From Escherichia phage vB_EcoM_EP57: a stretch of DNA of 64,000 nucleotides. Where the stretch lies: the sequence record OR544956; one strand, given 5' to 3'. Position numbers and translations under genes: made by a program. Each line of letters opens with the position of its first letter. The first letter of the stretch is position 1. The notes beneath the pieces are model-generated. The model was not told the origin of the DNA. It saw only the letters and a list, made by a program, of their open reading frames with translations, and did no database searches. Positions 26,947 to 36,546 of this stretch are shown piece after piece.

Positions 26947-28196
26947 ATGAAAGATTTGTACCAAGATGTTTTTTCTTTTTTAGATCGCACTTCAGAAACA
27001 TACACTAGAGAGAATGCAAACAAACCTTCCCACCTCGTTAACACACACAGGGATCTCTTGGCGGGGATTTTAAGCAAACATATGGCAATGACACAGATAC
27101 TGCCAAAAAACTTGTCAGAATGGCATACAGAAGGTTTTGGACATATTCACGACTTGGATTATCTGCTCTCTCCTCTTACAAACTGTTGTCTTGTTAATTA
27201 CCAAGATATGTTAGAAAATGGTTTTAAGATCGGTGCTGCACAGATAGAAAAACCAAAATCTATTGGAGTAGCTACCACAGTGCTAACTCAAATCATCCAA
27301 GCTGTAGCATCCAGTCAGTATGTCTGTTCCTTTGAACAAAGAAGTTACGGGATCAGCAGATGGTACTGTTACGAGTATGGGTTGTCGTTCCTTTTTGTCG
27401 TACTATGCCACCGAACAAGGAGAAAAATATGATGGACGATTCAACCTTGAGACATACCAAAGCATCTGAAAACCCTATTCTTTTCATGGAAGGGGCTTTA
27501 GCGCGTTTAAATGCCAATGATGAAATTGGTGTTTTGTTTGAAGATGGTTATGCTTCTATTAGTATTGGTTATGTAGGTCTTGCCGAAGCTTTGGAAATCC
27601 TTTATCCAGAAGAAAAAGATAAAAAGGAACTTGGTAAAAGCATTCTGCAACATATGAAAGATGTGTGTGCTGTGTTTAAAGAACGATCTAAGCTGGCGTT
27701 TAGTCTCTATGGAACTCCAGCAGAATCCTTGTGCTATAAGTTTGCAACAGCTTTAAATAAAAAATACCCAGGTTTGGTAGAAAGAGACTATCTTACTAAC
27801 TCTTTTCATCAACCTGTGTGGTTGGTAACAAATCCTTTTGAAAAATGGGATTATGAAGCAGGTTTTGCACAGATTAGTAATGGTGGTAACATAAGTTATG
27901 TCGAAACACCAAACTTAAAGAATAACTTAGAAGCTTTGGAGACTTTAGTAGACTACGCTTATGAACATATTCACTATTTTGGTATTAATCAGCCCGTGGA
28001 TCAATGCTTTAAGTGTGGTTTTCATGGGGAATTTAAGGCAACGGCTAAAGGGTTTGAGTGTCCTGATTGTGGCAACCATGAAGAAGAAACTATTTCTGTA
28101 GTTAGACGTGTATCAGGGTATCTTTCTGCCCCTAATTCACGGCCTTATAACAAAGGTAAAATGCAGGAAGTTTTGCAAAGGGAGAAACATCTTTGA
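26947..28196 (+). pseudogene. nrdD: anaerobic ribonucleotide reductase nrdD, disrupted
   Basis: RDLLAGI, HIHDLDY, MGCRSFL, glycine-radical RVSGY, C-terminal Zn ribbon; read across three frames and lacks central part. Confidence 0.75.
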
Positions 28197-28663
28197 ATTT
28201 TGCAGGATATGAACCTGTAGATCTTATTAATGGTGAGGGAGTTAGGTGCTCCCTCTGGGTTAGTGGTTGTAGCCACGGTTGTCGTGGCTGTTTTAACCAA
28301 AAAGCCTGGTCTTATTCTTATGGGAAACCGTTTACTCACGAAAATGTAGAGCAAGTTTTAAAAGATTTGTCAAGACCGTTTGTAAAAGGTTTAACAATTT
28401 TAGGAGGAGAGCCATTAGATCCGCAGAATATTTACAATGTTAAAAACCTTATAGAAAAGGTTAGAGATGTTTATGGGTCAAGCAAAGATATAATGGTGTA
28501 TACAGGATATACTTTTGAGGAAGTGCCTTTGTATATTAAAAATCTTGTTGACATTATTGTAGACGGAAAGTATGAAATAAACAATCCAACTACAAAACCT
28601 TTCAGAGGGTCAGATAATCAAAGATTATGGACCAAAACGGCAAGTGGTTGGCAATCAGATTAA
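28193..28663 (+). CDS. nrdG: anaerobic RNR activating enzyme (radical SAM)
   Basis: CSHGCRGC C-x3-C-x2-C motif; follows nrdD. Confidence 0.75.
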   Translation: MNFAGYEPVDLINGEGVRCSLWVSGCSHGCRGCFNQKAWSYSYGKPFTHENVEQVLKDLSRPFVKGLTILGGEPLDPQNIYNVKNLIEKVRDVYGSSKDIMVYTGYTFEEVPLYIKNLVDIIVDGKYEINNPTTKPFRGSDNQRLWTKTASGWQSD

Positions 28664-28676
28664 CTTAGGAGGTTTC

Positions 28677-28868
28677 ATGGTTACATATTTTGCTGTAGGA
28701 GATAGAGTAGGGACGGCAGGACAACTTTTGAAGAACAGTGATCGGGACGTTAAGGACATTCTTGCAACCCTTGTGGATATTTTACAAAGAAAAGAGTTGC
28801 TTTCTGATCGAGATGTTGCTAAATTACTTGATATCGGAGGAGATGAACTTCAAAGACTTCCATTTTAA
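28677..28868 (+). CDS. hypothetical protein (63 aa)
   Basis: ORF trimmed to ATG after AGGAGG. Confidence 0.45.
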   Translation: MVTYFAVGDRVGTAGQLLKNSDRDVKDILATLVDILQRKELLSDRDVAKLLDIGGDELQRLPF

Positions 28869-28883
28869 GTGAGGAGATAAGTA

Positions 28884-29489
28884 ATGCAACATAGTGTAGT
28901 AGTCAACATGCCGAATAGTGGGGATAAATCTTTTGGTGTCCCTGCTAAAAAAGTGTGGAAAGCCCATTTTCATCTTACTTTATCTAACGTTAGTTCTGAA
29001 GAGTTGATGAAAGCAGCTAAGATTATTGGTGCCAAATGCACAACAATTGATTTACATCGGGATACAAAGTCTCAACGTGATCGTATGTTAACAAAGTATC
29101 AAAGCGATCTCGACACTACTTTAATGTTGCAGTGTGTAGAAAAACTTGAGAATGCAGGTTTCAATGTTGTTCGTTACAAACTGGAACGAATGTTTAAACA
29201 TGTTGCCTGTGTTCTTTTCATGGATCTAAGTAAAGAAAATTACGGAGAAGTTCACATTAAGACTTCAGCAAGTGATCCCGAAGTAGAAACAAACTTCTTC
29301 CGTATTTCTTCTAATGCTGAAGAAATTGATTACCGATTTTATAATGCTCGCTTATATTCCGCAGAAGATAAGTTGCGTTTCAATGAAGCGTATGATATGC
29401 TCTTGAACAGTGGGATACAGATAAAAGGCTACCACATAGAACAAGTGGTAGTGGACAGTAATCTTAACTTAGACGCATGGTGGGCTTAA
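28884..29489 (+). CDS. hypothetical protein (201 aa)
   Basis: ORF; one HLTL (HxTx-like) motif only. Confidence 0.55.
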   Translation: MQHSVVVNMPNSGDKSFGVPAKKVWKAHFHLTLSNVSSEELMKAAKIIGAKCTTIDLHRDTKSQRDRMLTKYQSDLDTTLMLQCVEKLENAGFNVVRYKLERMFKHVACVLFMDLSKENYGEVHIKTSASDPEVETNFFRISSNAEEIDYRFYNARLYSAEDKLRFNEAYDMLLNSGIQIKGYHIEQVVVDSNLNLDAWWA

Positions 29490-29490
29490 T

Positions 29491-30147
29491 ATGACCATTA
29501 AACATATCTCTTTTGATGTATGGAACACACTGATCACAGCAAACTCCAATTACGCAGACATGCGAGCCTGGACTATCGCAAAATATGGAGATATTACGGA
29601 AGTGGAAGCAAGAGCAACTTATAAGAAGATCAAAAAGGAACTGGATAATGCAGCACTTCAAGGCAAAGCCGAGTGTGCAGCATACGCCTGGGAAAGACTT
29701 GGTTCTGAATTTGGGATAACGCCTTGGAAGTCTGCAAAGCTTCGTTTCGAGTGTGAACAGTGGTTCCTTAAGTTTCCACCACACGTAGCCGTAGATCTGC
29801 CGATGTACTTGCTGTATCTTTCTGGGCGTTATGATTTGAGTATTAAGAGCAATACCAACTTCATATCAGGGGATATTCTGCGTCGTGCTTGTAAGTTTGA
29901 TAGTTGGAATTGTTTTGAGTTCACCCATTTCTCGGATGAAGCTTTACTTTGTAAACCAGATCCGCGATTCTTTGCTCGCACGCTCACGTATTCTCCGATC
30001 CCTCTGTTAGGGCACGAAGTGTTGCACGTAGGCGATAGTGAAGAATATGATGGAAAATGTGTTGACTTAGGGTTTAACTTCTGTCATATTAAGAACCCTA
30101 ACGACTTACTAGAGAAACTTAAAAGAGGAGAAATTGTAAATGCGTAA
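29491..30147 (+). CDS. HAD-superfamily phosphatase
   Basis: FDVWNTL, KPDP, GDSEEYD motifs. Confidence 0.6.
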   Translation: MTIKHISFDVWNTLITANSNYADMRAWTIAKYGDITEVEARATYKKIKKELDNAALQGKAECAAYAWERLGSEFGITPWKSAKLRFECEQWFLKFPPHVAVDLPMYLLYLSGRYDLSIKSNTNFISGDILRRACKFDSWNCFEFTHFSDEALLCKPDPRFFARTLTYSPIPLLGHEVLHVGDSEEYDGKCVDLGFNFCHIKNPNDLLEKLKRGEIVNA

Positions 30148-30967
30148 TCAAACTCAAATTTTTGCAAATAAATTTGATGACCTGGAAACTGCTACTTTTG
30201 ATATCCAAGATTATTCAAAATTGAAATTTGGTAGTAACCAAGCTGCGCGTCGTATGGGTAAAGAATTGGCACTTCAGTTTTTTGCTCAAGTGGCAATGAA
30301 ACATATTGGGGAACAATTTGTTATCATTCCTTCTCCTTACAACCATGTGTATAATGCTGCAACAATGATGACAGATCATTTTATTAATTACTTCAATATG
30401 TTGCAAGCACAATATGATCAAGGTCGTTCAGCAGAACTGGACATTATTCATCGTAAAGTTAGCTATATCAACGATTATGGTTTCTTGGATAAAGCTAGTC
30501 GTAAGAAACTTATTGATGGGGATACATTCTACTGTAACAAAGAATTCTGGGGGGATAAGAAGCTTGTATTCATTGATGATGTAAATATCACTGGAACGCA
30601 TGAAGACAAACTGATTGAGATCCTTAATGAAAATCAAGTTAAAAATGATGTTTACTTCCTGTATTTTGCAAAATATGAAGGTAATCAAGCAGATACCGAA
30701 GCTAAACTGAATTTTAACTACATTAATACACCGGAAGCGTTTGTTAAAATGATTAATGAAGAACGTGATGCACAGTGTCTTGTTCGTCCTATTAAGTATC
30801 TTATGGGCCAAAATCATGAAGACTTCAAAATCATTCTTAGCCAATTGCCACATTACTATGTAGAGCAACTTTTCTTTGGATGCTTGGGAGAAGGTTACAA
30901 CCGAATTTCAAAGTATGCTGAAAACTTTGAATTCTTGGATCGTTACACAAAACAACACATTCTGTAA
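30140..30967 (+). CDS. type-I phosphoribosyltransferase-like protein
   Basis: PRPP-binding motif LVFIDDVNITGTHE. Confidence 0.6.
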   Translation: MRNQTQIFANKFDDLETATFDIQDYSKLKFGSNQAARRMGKELALQFFAQVAMKHIGEQFVIIPSPYNHVYNAATMMTDHFINYFNMLQAQYDQGRSAELDIIHRKVSYINDYGFLDKASRKKLIDGDTFYCNKEFWGDKKLVFIDDVNITGTHEDKLIEILNENQVKNDVYFLYFAKYEGNQADTEAKLNFNYINTPEAFVKMINEERDAQCLVRPIKYLMGQNHEDFKIILSQLPHYYVEQLFFGCLGEGYNRISKYAENFEFLDRYTKQHIL

Positions 30968-30980
30968 TAAGGAGCTAAAA

Positions 30981-31454
30981 ATGCTTAAAATGAAAACAGG
31001 TAATCTTATTGATGCCGCTAAAGCAGGTGAAGTAACTGTTATTGCTCATTGTTGCAACTGTATGTGTAATATGGGGGCAGGTATTGCCCCACAAATCAAA
31101 CGAGCATTTCCTTACGCATATGCAGCAGACTTAGGCACAATGGCTGGTGATCAAAGTAAACTAGGTTGTTTTAGTTTAGGGGTGCCAGACGAACAATCAG
31201 ACCCTTTGGTATATAATCTATACGGGCAATACCGTTACGGATACAATGCTAAAGGTCGTCAGTTGGACTATGATGCACTTTACGATGCACTAATAGCTAT
31301 GGCTAACGATTTGCTTCTCCGTGACCAAAAATGTAAGATCGGCTTACCTATGATTGGCGCTGGATATGCTGGAGGTAATTGGGCTATCATCCAAGTGATG
31401 ATTGAAGAAACTTTAGTAAAAACAGGTTACGATGTGACTATTTATAAACTTTAA
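30981..31454 (+). CDS. macrodomain protein, TARG1/DarG-like
   Basis: IAHCCNCMCNMGAGIA and GLPMIGAGY..VTIYKL resemble TARG1. Confidence 0.65.
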   Translation: MLKMKTGNLIDAAKAGEVTVIAHCCNCMCNMGAGIAPQIKRAFPYAYAADLGTMAGDQSKLGCFSLGVPDEQSDPLVYNLYGQYRYGYNAKGRQLDYDALYDALIAMANDLLLRDQKCKIGLPMIGAGYAGGNWAIIQVMIEETLVKTGYDVTIYKL

Positions 31455-31466
31455 GAGGAGATTAGT

Positions 31467-31688
31467 ATGGGTGTTTTTGCAGGTATTGTTGCAGTGGTAA
31501 GCTTTTTTGTTATTGCTTTTATGCTTAGTTTGATTCCAGCTTGGTTATTGTTGCTGGCTTACAACTATGTTGCTGAGGTTATGGGTCATGCAGATATCAC
31601 TGTCCCAGTAACCTTCTGGACCGTGGTTTGTGTTTCGTTTATTCTGGCTGTATTACGAGGAATCTTTTCCTCTCATTCAACAAAATAA
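31467..31688 (+). CDS. small membrane protein (73 aa)
   Basis: two hydrophobic helices. Confidence 0.5.
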   Translation: MGVFAGIVAVVSFFVIAFMLSLIPAWLLLLAYNYVAEVMGHADITVPVTFWTVVCVSFILAVLRGIFSSHSTK

Positions 31689-31691
31689 GTG

Positions 31692-31750
31692 TTGACATAG
31701 TTCTTAAAAAGAGTAAGATGTATCACATGAAGCGGGGAATAGTTCCCCGC
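31692..31750 (+). promoter_or_regulatory. early promoter + 5' hairpin cassette (PeSL-like), plus strand
   Basis: TTGACA-N17-TAAGAT, gtatcacat, hairpin gcggggaatagttccccgc. Confidence 0.6.
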
Positions 31751-31767
31751 AAAGAGAGGAGAAAAGA

Positions 31768-32686
31768 ATGCAACTTGGTTTCCCAATTATTGATGTAGTT
31801 GTTTTAGTTGGTATTTTAGCATTGTCTATTGGTATTGATTTCTTTGGTCACAAAGAAAATAAAGAAATTTCATTCAAATCCGCAGTTGGTTGGTCGATCT
31901 TTTGGATTGGTGTATCATTAGCTTATTATGGTTTTGTATACTTCCAACATGGTGCCGATTTTGCTAACTTGTTTTTAAGTGGATATGTGTTGGAAAAATC
32001 TTTGTCGGTAGATAACTTGGTAGTATTTGTAGCAGTATTCGCAAGTTTTGGTATTAAAAGCACACACTTGCAGCACAATAGGCACTTACTTGTTAAGTTT
32101 GGGCTGGTATGTTAATATCTTCTTCGGTGCGGTCATCCTTTTCTGTGCAGCTAAAATGGTATTTGCTGGAGATAATGACGCAGAAGTTGATTACTCTAAA
32201 CACTGGGCTACCCGTATTGTTCGTAAACTGTTCCCTGTATCTAATAAAATGGATGGGGAGAAGTTCTTCACAATCGAAAATGGTGTTCGTGTAGCAACTC
32301 CAGCTTTGGTTTGCGTATTCGTGATGGAAATGGTGGATGTAATCTTTGCAGTAGATTCGGTTCCAGCGGTGATCGCAGTGACACAAGAACCCCTGCTTGT
32401 ATTCTCTTCGATGTTATGTGCAATCTTAGGTCTACGTGCTCTGTTCTTTGTTCTTAGTGTCGCACTGAAGTATCTGGTTCACTTGGAGAAAGCAGTTATT
32501 GTGGTTCTGGTGTTTGTAGGCGTTAAACTGATGTATCACCCGTTTGCAGAAACATTGCATGAGAAAATGAGTTTCCTGCCAGCACATATTGATCCAACTA
32601 TTAGTATGTATATCGTGCTTGGTACTTTGGCCCTTGGTGTTATTGCAAGCTTTATCTTCCCTGAAAAAGAAGAAGCTACTGTTTAA
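31768..32686 (+). CDS. terC: TerC-family membrane protein, frameshifted
   Basis: LSVDNLVVF and QH motifs; ORFs 31768..32115 and 32048..32686. Confidence 0.65.
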
Positions 32687-32691
32687 TAAAT

Positions 32692-32717
32692 GAGCCTCCT
32701 TCGGGAGGCTATTTTAT
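32692..32717 (+). terminator. rho-independent terminator
   Basis: GAGCCTCC-TTCG-GGAGGCT plus ATTTTAT. Confidence 0.6.
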
Positions 32718-32728
32718 AGGAGAGACTT

Positions 32729-33079
32729 ATGAGTAATTTTGATGAAATTCAAGAACTTGTTTGGGATTTATCTGGTGATGTGGATTACATTTCAGATTAT
32801 CTTTCAAAAGTTTACCCTGGGGTAAGCGTTATGATTGTGACCAAAGATCCAATTAATTTGCCTCCTAATGTTGTAGCTTGTTGTGGAAGTGGTTCAGGAG
32901 AAGTAGAGCCTGTATCTCGTTGGGAATTAACTAAAGCTGTTTCAAAACGAAACGGTGAAGTTTTGAATATTGATATTGAGCAAATATGGACTTCTCCAGC
33001 AGCCAAATGGAATGATCCAAATGGTTGGGATTTGTTCTTCTGGGATAATGAGACTGATGATGAGGTGTTTTTAAAATGA
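32729..33079 (+). CDS. hypothetical protein (116 aa)
   Basis: ORF. Confidence 0.55.
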   Translation: MSNFDEIQELVWDLSGDVDYISDYLSKVYPGVSVMIVTKDPINLPPNVVACCGSGSGEVEPVSRWELTKAVSKRNGEVLNIDIEQIWTSPAAKWNDPNGWDLFFWDNETDDEVFLK

Positions 33080-33321
33080 AATACTTGTTGGTTGTGTTTG
33101 AAAATATCTGTTTTGCAATAGGGTTGTTTGTTGTAATTTTTGTATTGACAAGCGTAATCAACGGCAGTAAAGTGAGTTTATACCGAGATGGAGAGCAACT
33201 TTATTGCTTCTCTGGAGATTTCAAACACAGATGTATTAATAGCCAAAACGAGGAAAGCAAATATGAAAAAACTAGCCCTGATTTTAATTGGTTGTATCTT
33301 TTTAACAGCTTGCGAGGATGA
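33076..33321 (+). CDS. small membrane protein (81 aa)
   Basis: N-terminal TM helix; overlaps next start. Confidence 0.4.
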   Translation: MKYLLVVFENICFAIGLFVVIFVLTSVINGSKVSLYRDGEQLYCFSGDFKHRCINSQNEESKYEKTSPDFNWLYLFNSLRG

Positions 33322-33700
33322 AACAAATCCTGCACAATACCAACAACCTCCTCAACAATACGCTCAACAAGGATCTGACGGAGATACAACTATTATCAAC
33401 AATGGTGGCGGTTCTAGTAGTAGCGGTGTTGGTGAGTTTGCTACAGGTATGTTGTTAGGGCATATGATGAGTGGCGGTAGTAATCGTAGCAGTGGGGATT
33501 ATAACGATAACAGAACGATTATTAATAAGCATTATAATACACCTAAACCGAAAACTAATTTTTATGGTAAGCCTAAACAAGAGATAAAAACTTATGAAAA
33601 GCCGAGACAAACTTTTAAAACAAATAGTAGCTATACAACTCGTAAATCTTACAATAGCCCTTTAAGTAAAAAGAGTTCATCTCGTAGCAAGCGACGTTAA
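33263..33700 (+). CDS. lipoprotein (145 aa)
   Basis: signal peptide and lipobox LTAC; Gly/Ser-rich. Confidence 0.6.
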   Translation: MKKLALILIGCIFLTACEDETNPAQYQQPPQQYAQQGSDGDTTIINNGGGSSSSGVGEFATGMLLGHMMSGGSNRSSGDYNDNRTIINKHYNTPKPKTNFYGKPKQEIKTYEKPRQTFKTNSSYTTRKSYNSPLSKKSSSRSKRR

Positions 33701-33714
33701 TAAGGAGAAAAACA

Positions 33715-34308
33715 ATGACAATTTCTATTCGTACTTCCATCGTAGGTGTTAAAAGGTTGCCTAATGCTTTGCAAATCACACGCGCTTTGAGGGATACATT
33801 CTCTGCTGTGGACGAGCATAAGATGCTTGATAATCTTTCAAATTGGCCCTATTTCCATTATTTTAAAAATGAAGATGACGAGTTTATAGACGCTGTTTCT
33901 TATGGTTATGATTTCGGTAAGGAGGTTTCTGCTGAAGAATTTGTAGCTATGGTGTTCCCAAACGGTTTGCCTACTCGCAGTAAACGTAAAAAAGGACCAA
34001 AAAACAAGAAACGTGCTACTAATAAAGCTACCATTTTCTTTACTGATGGCACACAATATACGATTAAAGATTTTGAAGAGGTATCTTATACAGCAGGTGG
34101 GAATCTTTCTTTCTACACCATCAAAAAACAAAACTCTACGTTCAGCCATGTTTCTAACATGATTGAAATGTTAGTAGAAGATATTGAAAGCGTAGCTGTG
34201 TTAGGTATGCATAAAAGCTTTTTAATTACAAATATTTCAGATTTCAGTGCAAGTTTATCTGGCCCTGATTTTGAAGCCACGACCACGCATTTCGCTTTTA
34301 AGGTGTAA
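33715..34308 (+). CDS. hypothetical protein (197 aa)
   Basis: ORF with AAGGAG RBS. Confidence 0.55.
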   Translation: MTISIRTSIVGVKRLPNALQITRALRDTFSAVDEHKMLDNLSNWPYFHYFKNEDDEFIDAVSYGYDFGKEVSAEEFVAMVFPNGLPTRSKRKKGPKNKKRATNKATIFFTDGTQYTIKDFEEVSYTAGGNLSFYTIKKQNSTFSHVSNMIEMLVEDIESVAVLGMHKSFLITNISDFSASLSGPDFEATTTHFAFKV

Positions 34309-34311
34309 GTT

Positions 34312-34902
34312 ATGCATACCGAGAGAGACTTGCAACTCTTGTGGTGGGAAGTGATGCAGGAAATAAAAGAAGATTTTCCTGTTTACTACAACATGTTACG
34401 TGAAGCAGGATATAAAGCTTGTGTTAGAAACAAAGTGAATAACTCTTTCGGTTGGTGCAACTACCGAGATAAAATTGTTGTTGTAAATTGGCACTTGCAT
34501 AAGAACTCCACAAGAGATATGATCGTGGATACAATGAAGCACGAAATTGCTCATGCTATTGATGGTTGTATGGGTAAGTTTAGTAGGCACGGTGCTCATT
34601 GGCAAAAACTGGCAGCAGAATTAGGGGCTAATCCTAAAGCCACTTCCAAAGAGCCGTTGAACCACGAATATAAATATGTTCTTGTTCTGGTAGATAGGTT
34701 TGCGACAAGATGTGTTAGAGGTTATAATCGTAAACCTAATCGCATGTACCCAGGTAAGCAACCTAATATGTGGTTGAAATCAGATAAAGAAGGGACCGAA
34801 GGAAAATTATGGTTGTATAAATGGGACGATTGGGTTAAAGTAGCTAAAGAGTACGGTGTTTCACCATATATAAGAGATGCAGAAGAGGAGAATGAAGAAT
34901 GA
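34312..34902 (+). CDS. SprT-like zinc metalloprotease
   Basis: HEIAHAI with downstream HG.HW. Confidence 0.55.
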   Translation: MHTERDLQLLWWEVMQEIKEDFPVYYNMLREAGYKACVRNKVNNSFGWCNYRDKIVVVNWHLHKNSTRDMIVDTMKHEIAHAIDGCMGKFSRHGAHWQKLAAELGANPKATSKEPLNHEYKYVLVLVDRFATRCVRGYNRKPNRMYPGKQPNMWLKSDKEGTEGKLWLYKWDDWVKVAKEYGVSPYIRDAEEENEE

Positions 34903-36011
34903 CAAGTCCATTTTTAAAAGCAGCTACTGGTGGTCAGAAGAAGCCTGAAATGAGCGTATTTGCTGCAACAACAGATGCAAGTAAATCTGTATTCGCTCCA
35001 AGCGTGTTAGATGCCAGTCCTGTTTATGCACCAGCGGCACCGCAAGAAGTTCCAGTTTTGCCTTCTATGACCCGACAAGAGATCGAAGAGATTGGGGCAG
35101 AGGCAGGAACAACCTTGCGTTCCTTGAATGCCGAGGTATTAAAACATCAACGTAGTAATCAAGGCGATCAGATGAGTGAACGACTCACAGCTTTGATTAA
35201 ACAGGCAAAACAACTTGATCCAAACTCTATTAAACAAAGCAAGGGTATTACTAAACTCATTAAAAAAGTTATGGGTATGAAAGAAGACCTGTTTGGGGAG
35301 TTTGATAATGTTAATAACCGTATTGAAGAGTTGGTAAAGAACCTTCAAATGGATATTCGCAAAGAAGAAGATTCCTTGGTATATCTTGAAAAGCTACATC
35401 AAGCTATTGGACAATATGCTGCAAGTTTGAACCGAGATATGCAGCTTCTAACAGCAACCTATGAAAAAGAAGAACAAGCTTTGGCTGCTCTTCCAGAAGA
35501 TGCAGTAGAACAGCGACAAGTGATCCGAGATACTTTGGATCTTCTGGAGATTCGTATTGCAGATTTAAAAGCATTGCGCCTACTGTGTGTCCAAATGGGA
35601 CCGCGTGTACAAGGTATGCAAAAAGTTTCTGCAAGCTTAATGCGATCTGCGCGTAACATAGTAAATAATGTTATTCCTGCTTACTCTGCTAACTTCTCAA
35701 TGTATATAGAGAGCTTACGTCAAATGAAAGCAGCAGAGACGCAGAATAACGTTCTTGATGAATTTAACCTGGCAATTAAACTGGGTAGCGATCTTGCCAC
35801 ACAGAATCAGATCGAAGCAGCAGCACTGGCTAACCGTCAAGTGTTGGATATTGAAACTCTGCGTCACGATCAGGAAAACTTGGTTAAGATGTTGGAAGAA
35901 ACTAACCGCATCAATACGGAAGCCCGTGCTGCTCGTGTTGATTATATTAATGAAGTTCAATCTCTGGAAGACGGGATGGTAGCTGCTGTGAAACGAGGGC
36001 TTGGTAAATGA
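34899..36011 (+). CDS. coiled-coil protein, possible TelA-like
   Basis: 370 aa helical protein in Ter context; assignment by size and composition. Confidence 0.35.
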   Translation: MTSPFLKAATGGQKKPEMSVFAATTDASKSVFAPSVLDASPVYAPAAPQEVPVLPSMTRQEIEEIGAEAGTTLRSLNAEVLKHQRSNQGDQMSERLTALIKQAKQLDPNSIKQSKGITKLIKKVMGMKEDLFGEFDNVNNRIEELVKNLQMDIRKEEDSLVYLEKLHQAIGQYAASLNRDMQLLTATYEKEEQALAALPEDAVEQRQVIRDTLDLLEIRIADLKALRLLCVQMGPRVQGMQKVSASLMRSARNIVNNVIPAYSANFSMYIESLRQMKAAETQNNVLDEFNLAIKLGSDLATQNQIEAAALANRQVLDIETLRHDQENLVKMLEETNRINTEARAARVDYINEVQSLEDGMVAAVKRGLGK

Positions 36012-36205
36012 GAATCCGTATCTATATAATTGATGAAGACATTGGTGTCCGTTATGATGACGAAAAACGATTCGCACCGATGGGAGGTATATATCCCCCA
36101 AGTGTTCTAGCAGTTTGTCGTGATTGTTATATTTATGAAGGTTGTCGTAACTTCCGTAAATTCGAACTCCTTGCAGATATTGACTTCAATGAGGAGGAGG
36201 AGTAA
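36008..36205 (+). CDS. hypothetical protein (65 aa)
   Basis: ORF. Confidence 0.45.
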   Translation: MRIRIYIIDEDIGVRYDDEKRFAPMGGIYPPSVLAVCRDCYIYEGCRNFRKFELLADIDFNEEEE

Positions 36206-36378
36206 TGAAAATATTACGAGTGAATATTGAAACTGCTTGGTGTGGATGCAATGAGGTTGTGGATATCGAAATTGAAGATGATATGTCTCAAGAGGATATA
36301 GAAGATCTTGCGCACGAAACCTTTCAGGATTATTGTAATTACGGGTTCCATATTTTAGAGGAGGAAGAAGATGTTTAA
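36205..36378 (+). CDS. small acidic protein (57 aa)
   Basis: hand-found ORF, GAGGAGGAGG RBS. Confidence 0.4.
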   Translation: MKILRVNIETAWCGCNEVVDIEIEDDMSQEDIEDLAHETFQDYCNYGFHILEEEEDV

Positions 36379-36546
36379 TTGACTCGACAGGAACTGATCA
36401 CAATCATTGAAGATGCTTTTATTGATGGCTGGAATACACAAGATAATGACTGGGGTGGACCCGAAGCTTTTCTGGAACATCATAAAACTTATGGAGACTC
36501 TTGTGAAACCACTGTAGCTCTTGATAATCTGAAGGAGGGTTTGTAA
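36379..36546 (+). CDS. small hypothetical protein (55 aa)
   Basis: hand-found ORF, TTG start. Confidence 0.3.
   Translation: MTRQELITIIEDAFIDGWNTQDNDWGGPEAFLEHHKTYGDSCETTVALDNLKEGL

Noticed and set aside
26947-28196. Group I intron or homing endonuclease inside nrdD, as in T4
   Set aside because: The locus is shorter than an intact nrdD, not longer; no endonuclease ORF or intron-sized insert is present.
35715-36101. Minus-strand ORFs inside the plus-strand block (also 30428..30868, 26424..26828, 51455..51997)
   Set aside because: Antisense to strongly supported genes, Cys/Phe/Ile-rich composition typical of AT-rich antisense frames.
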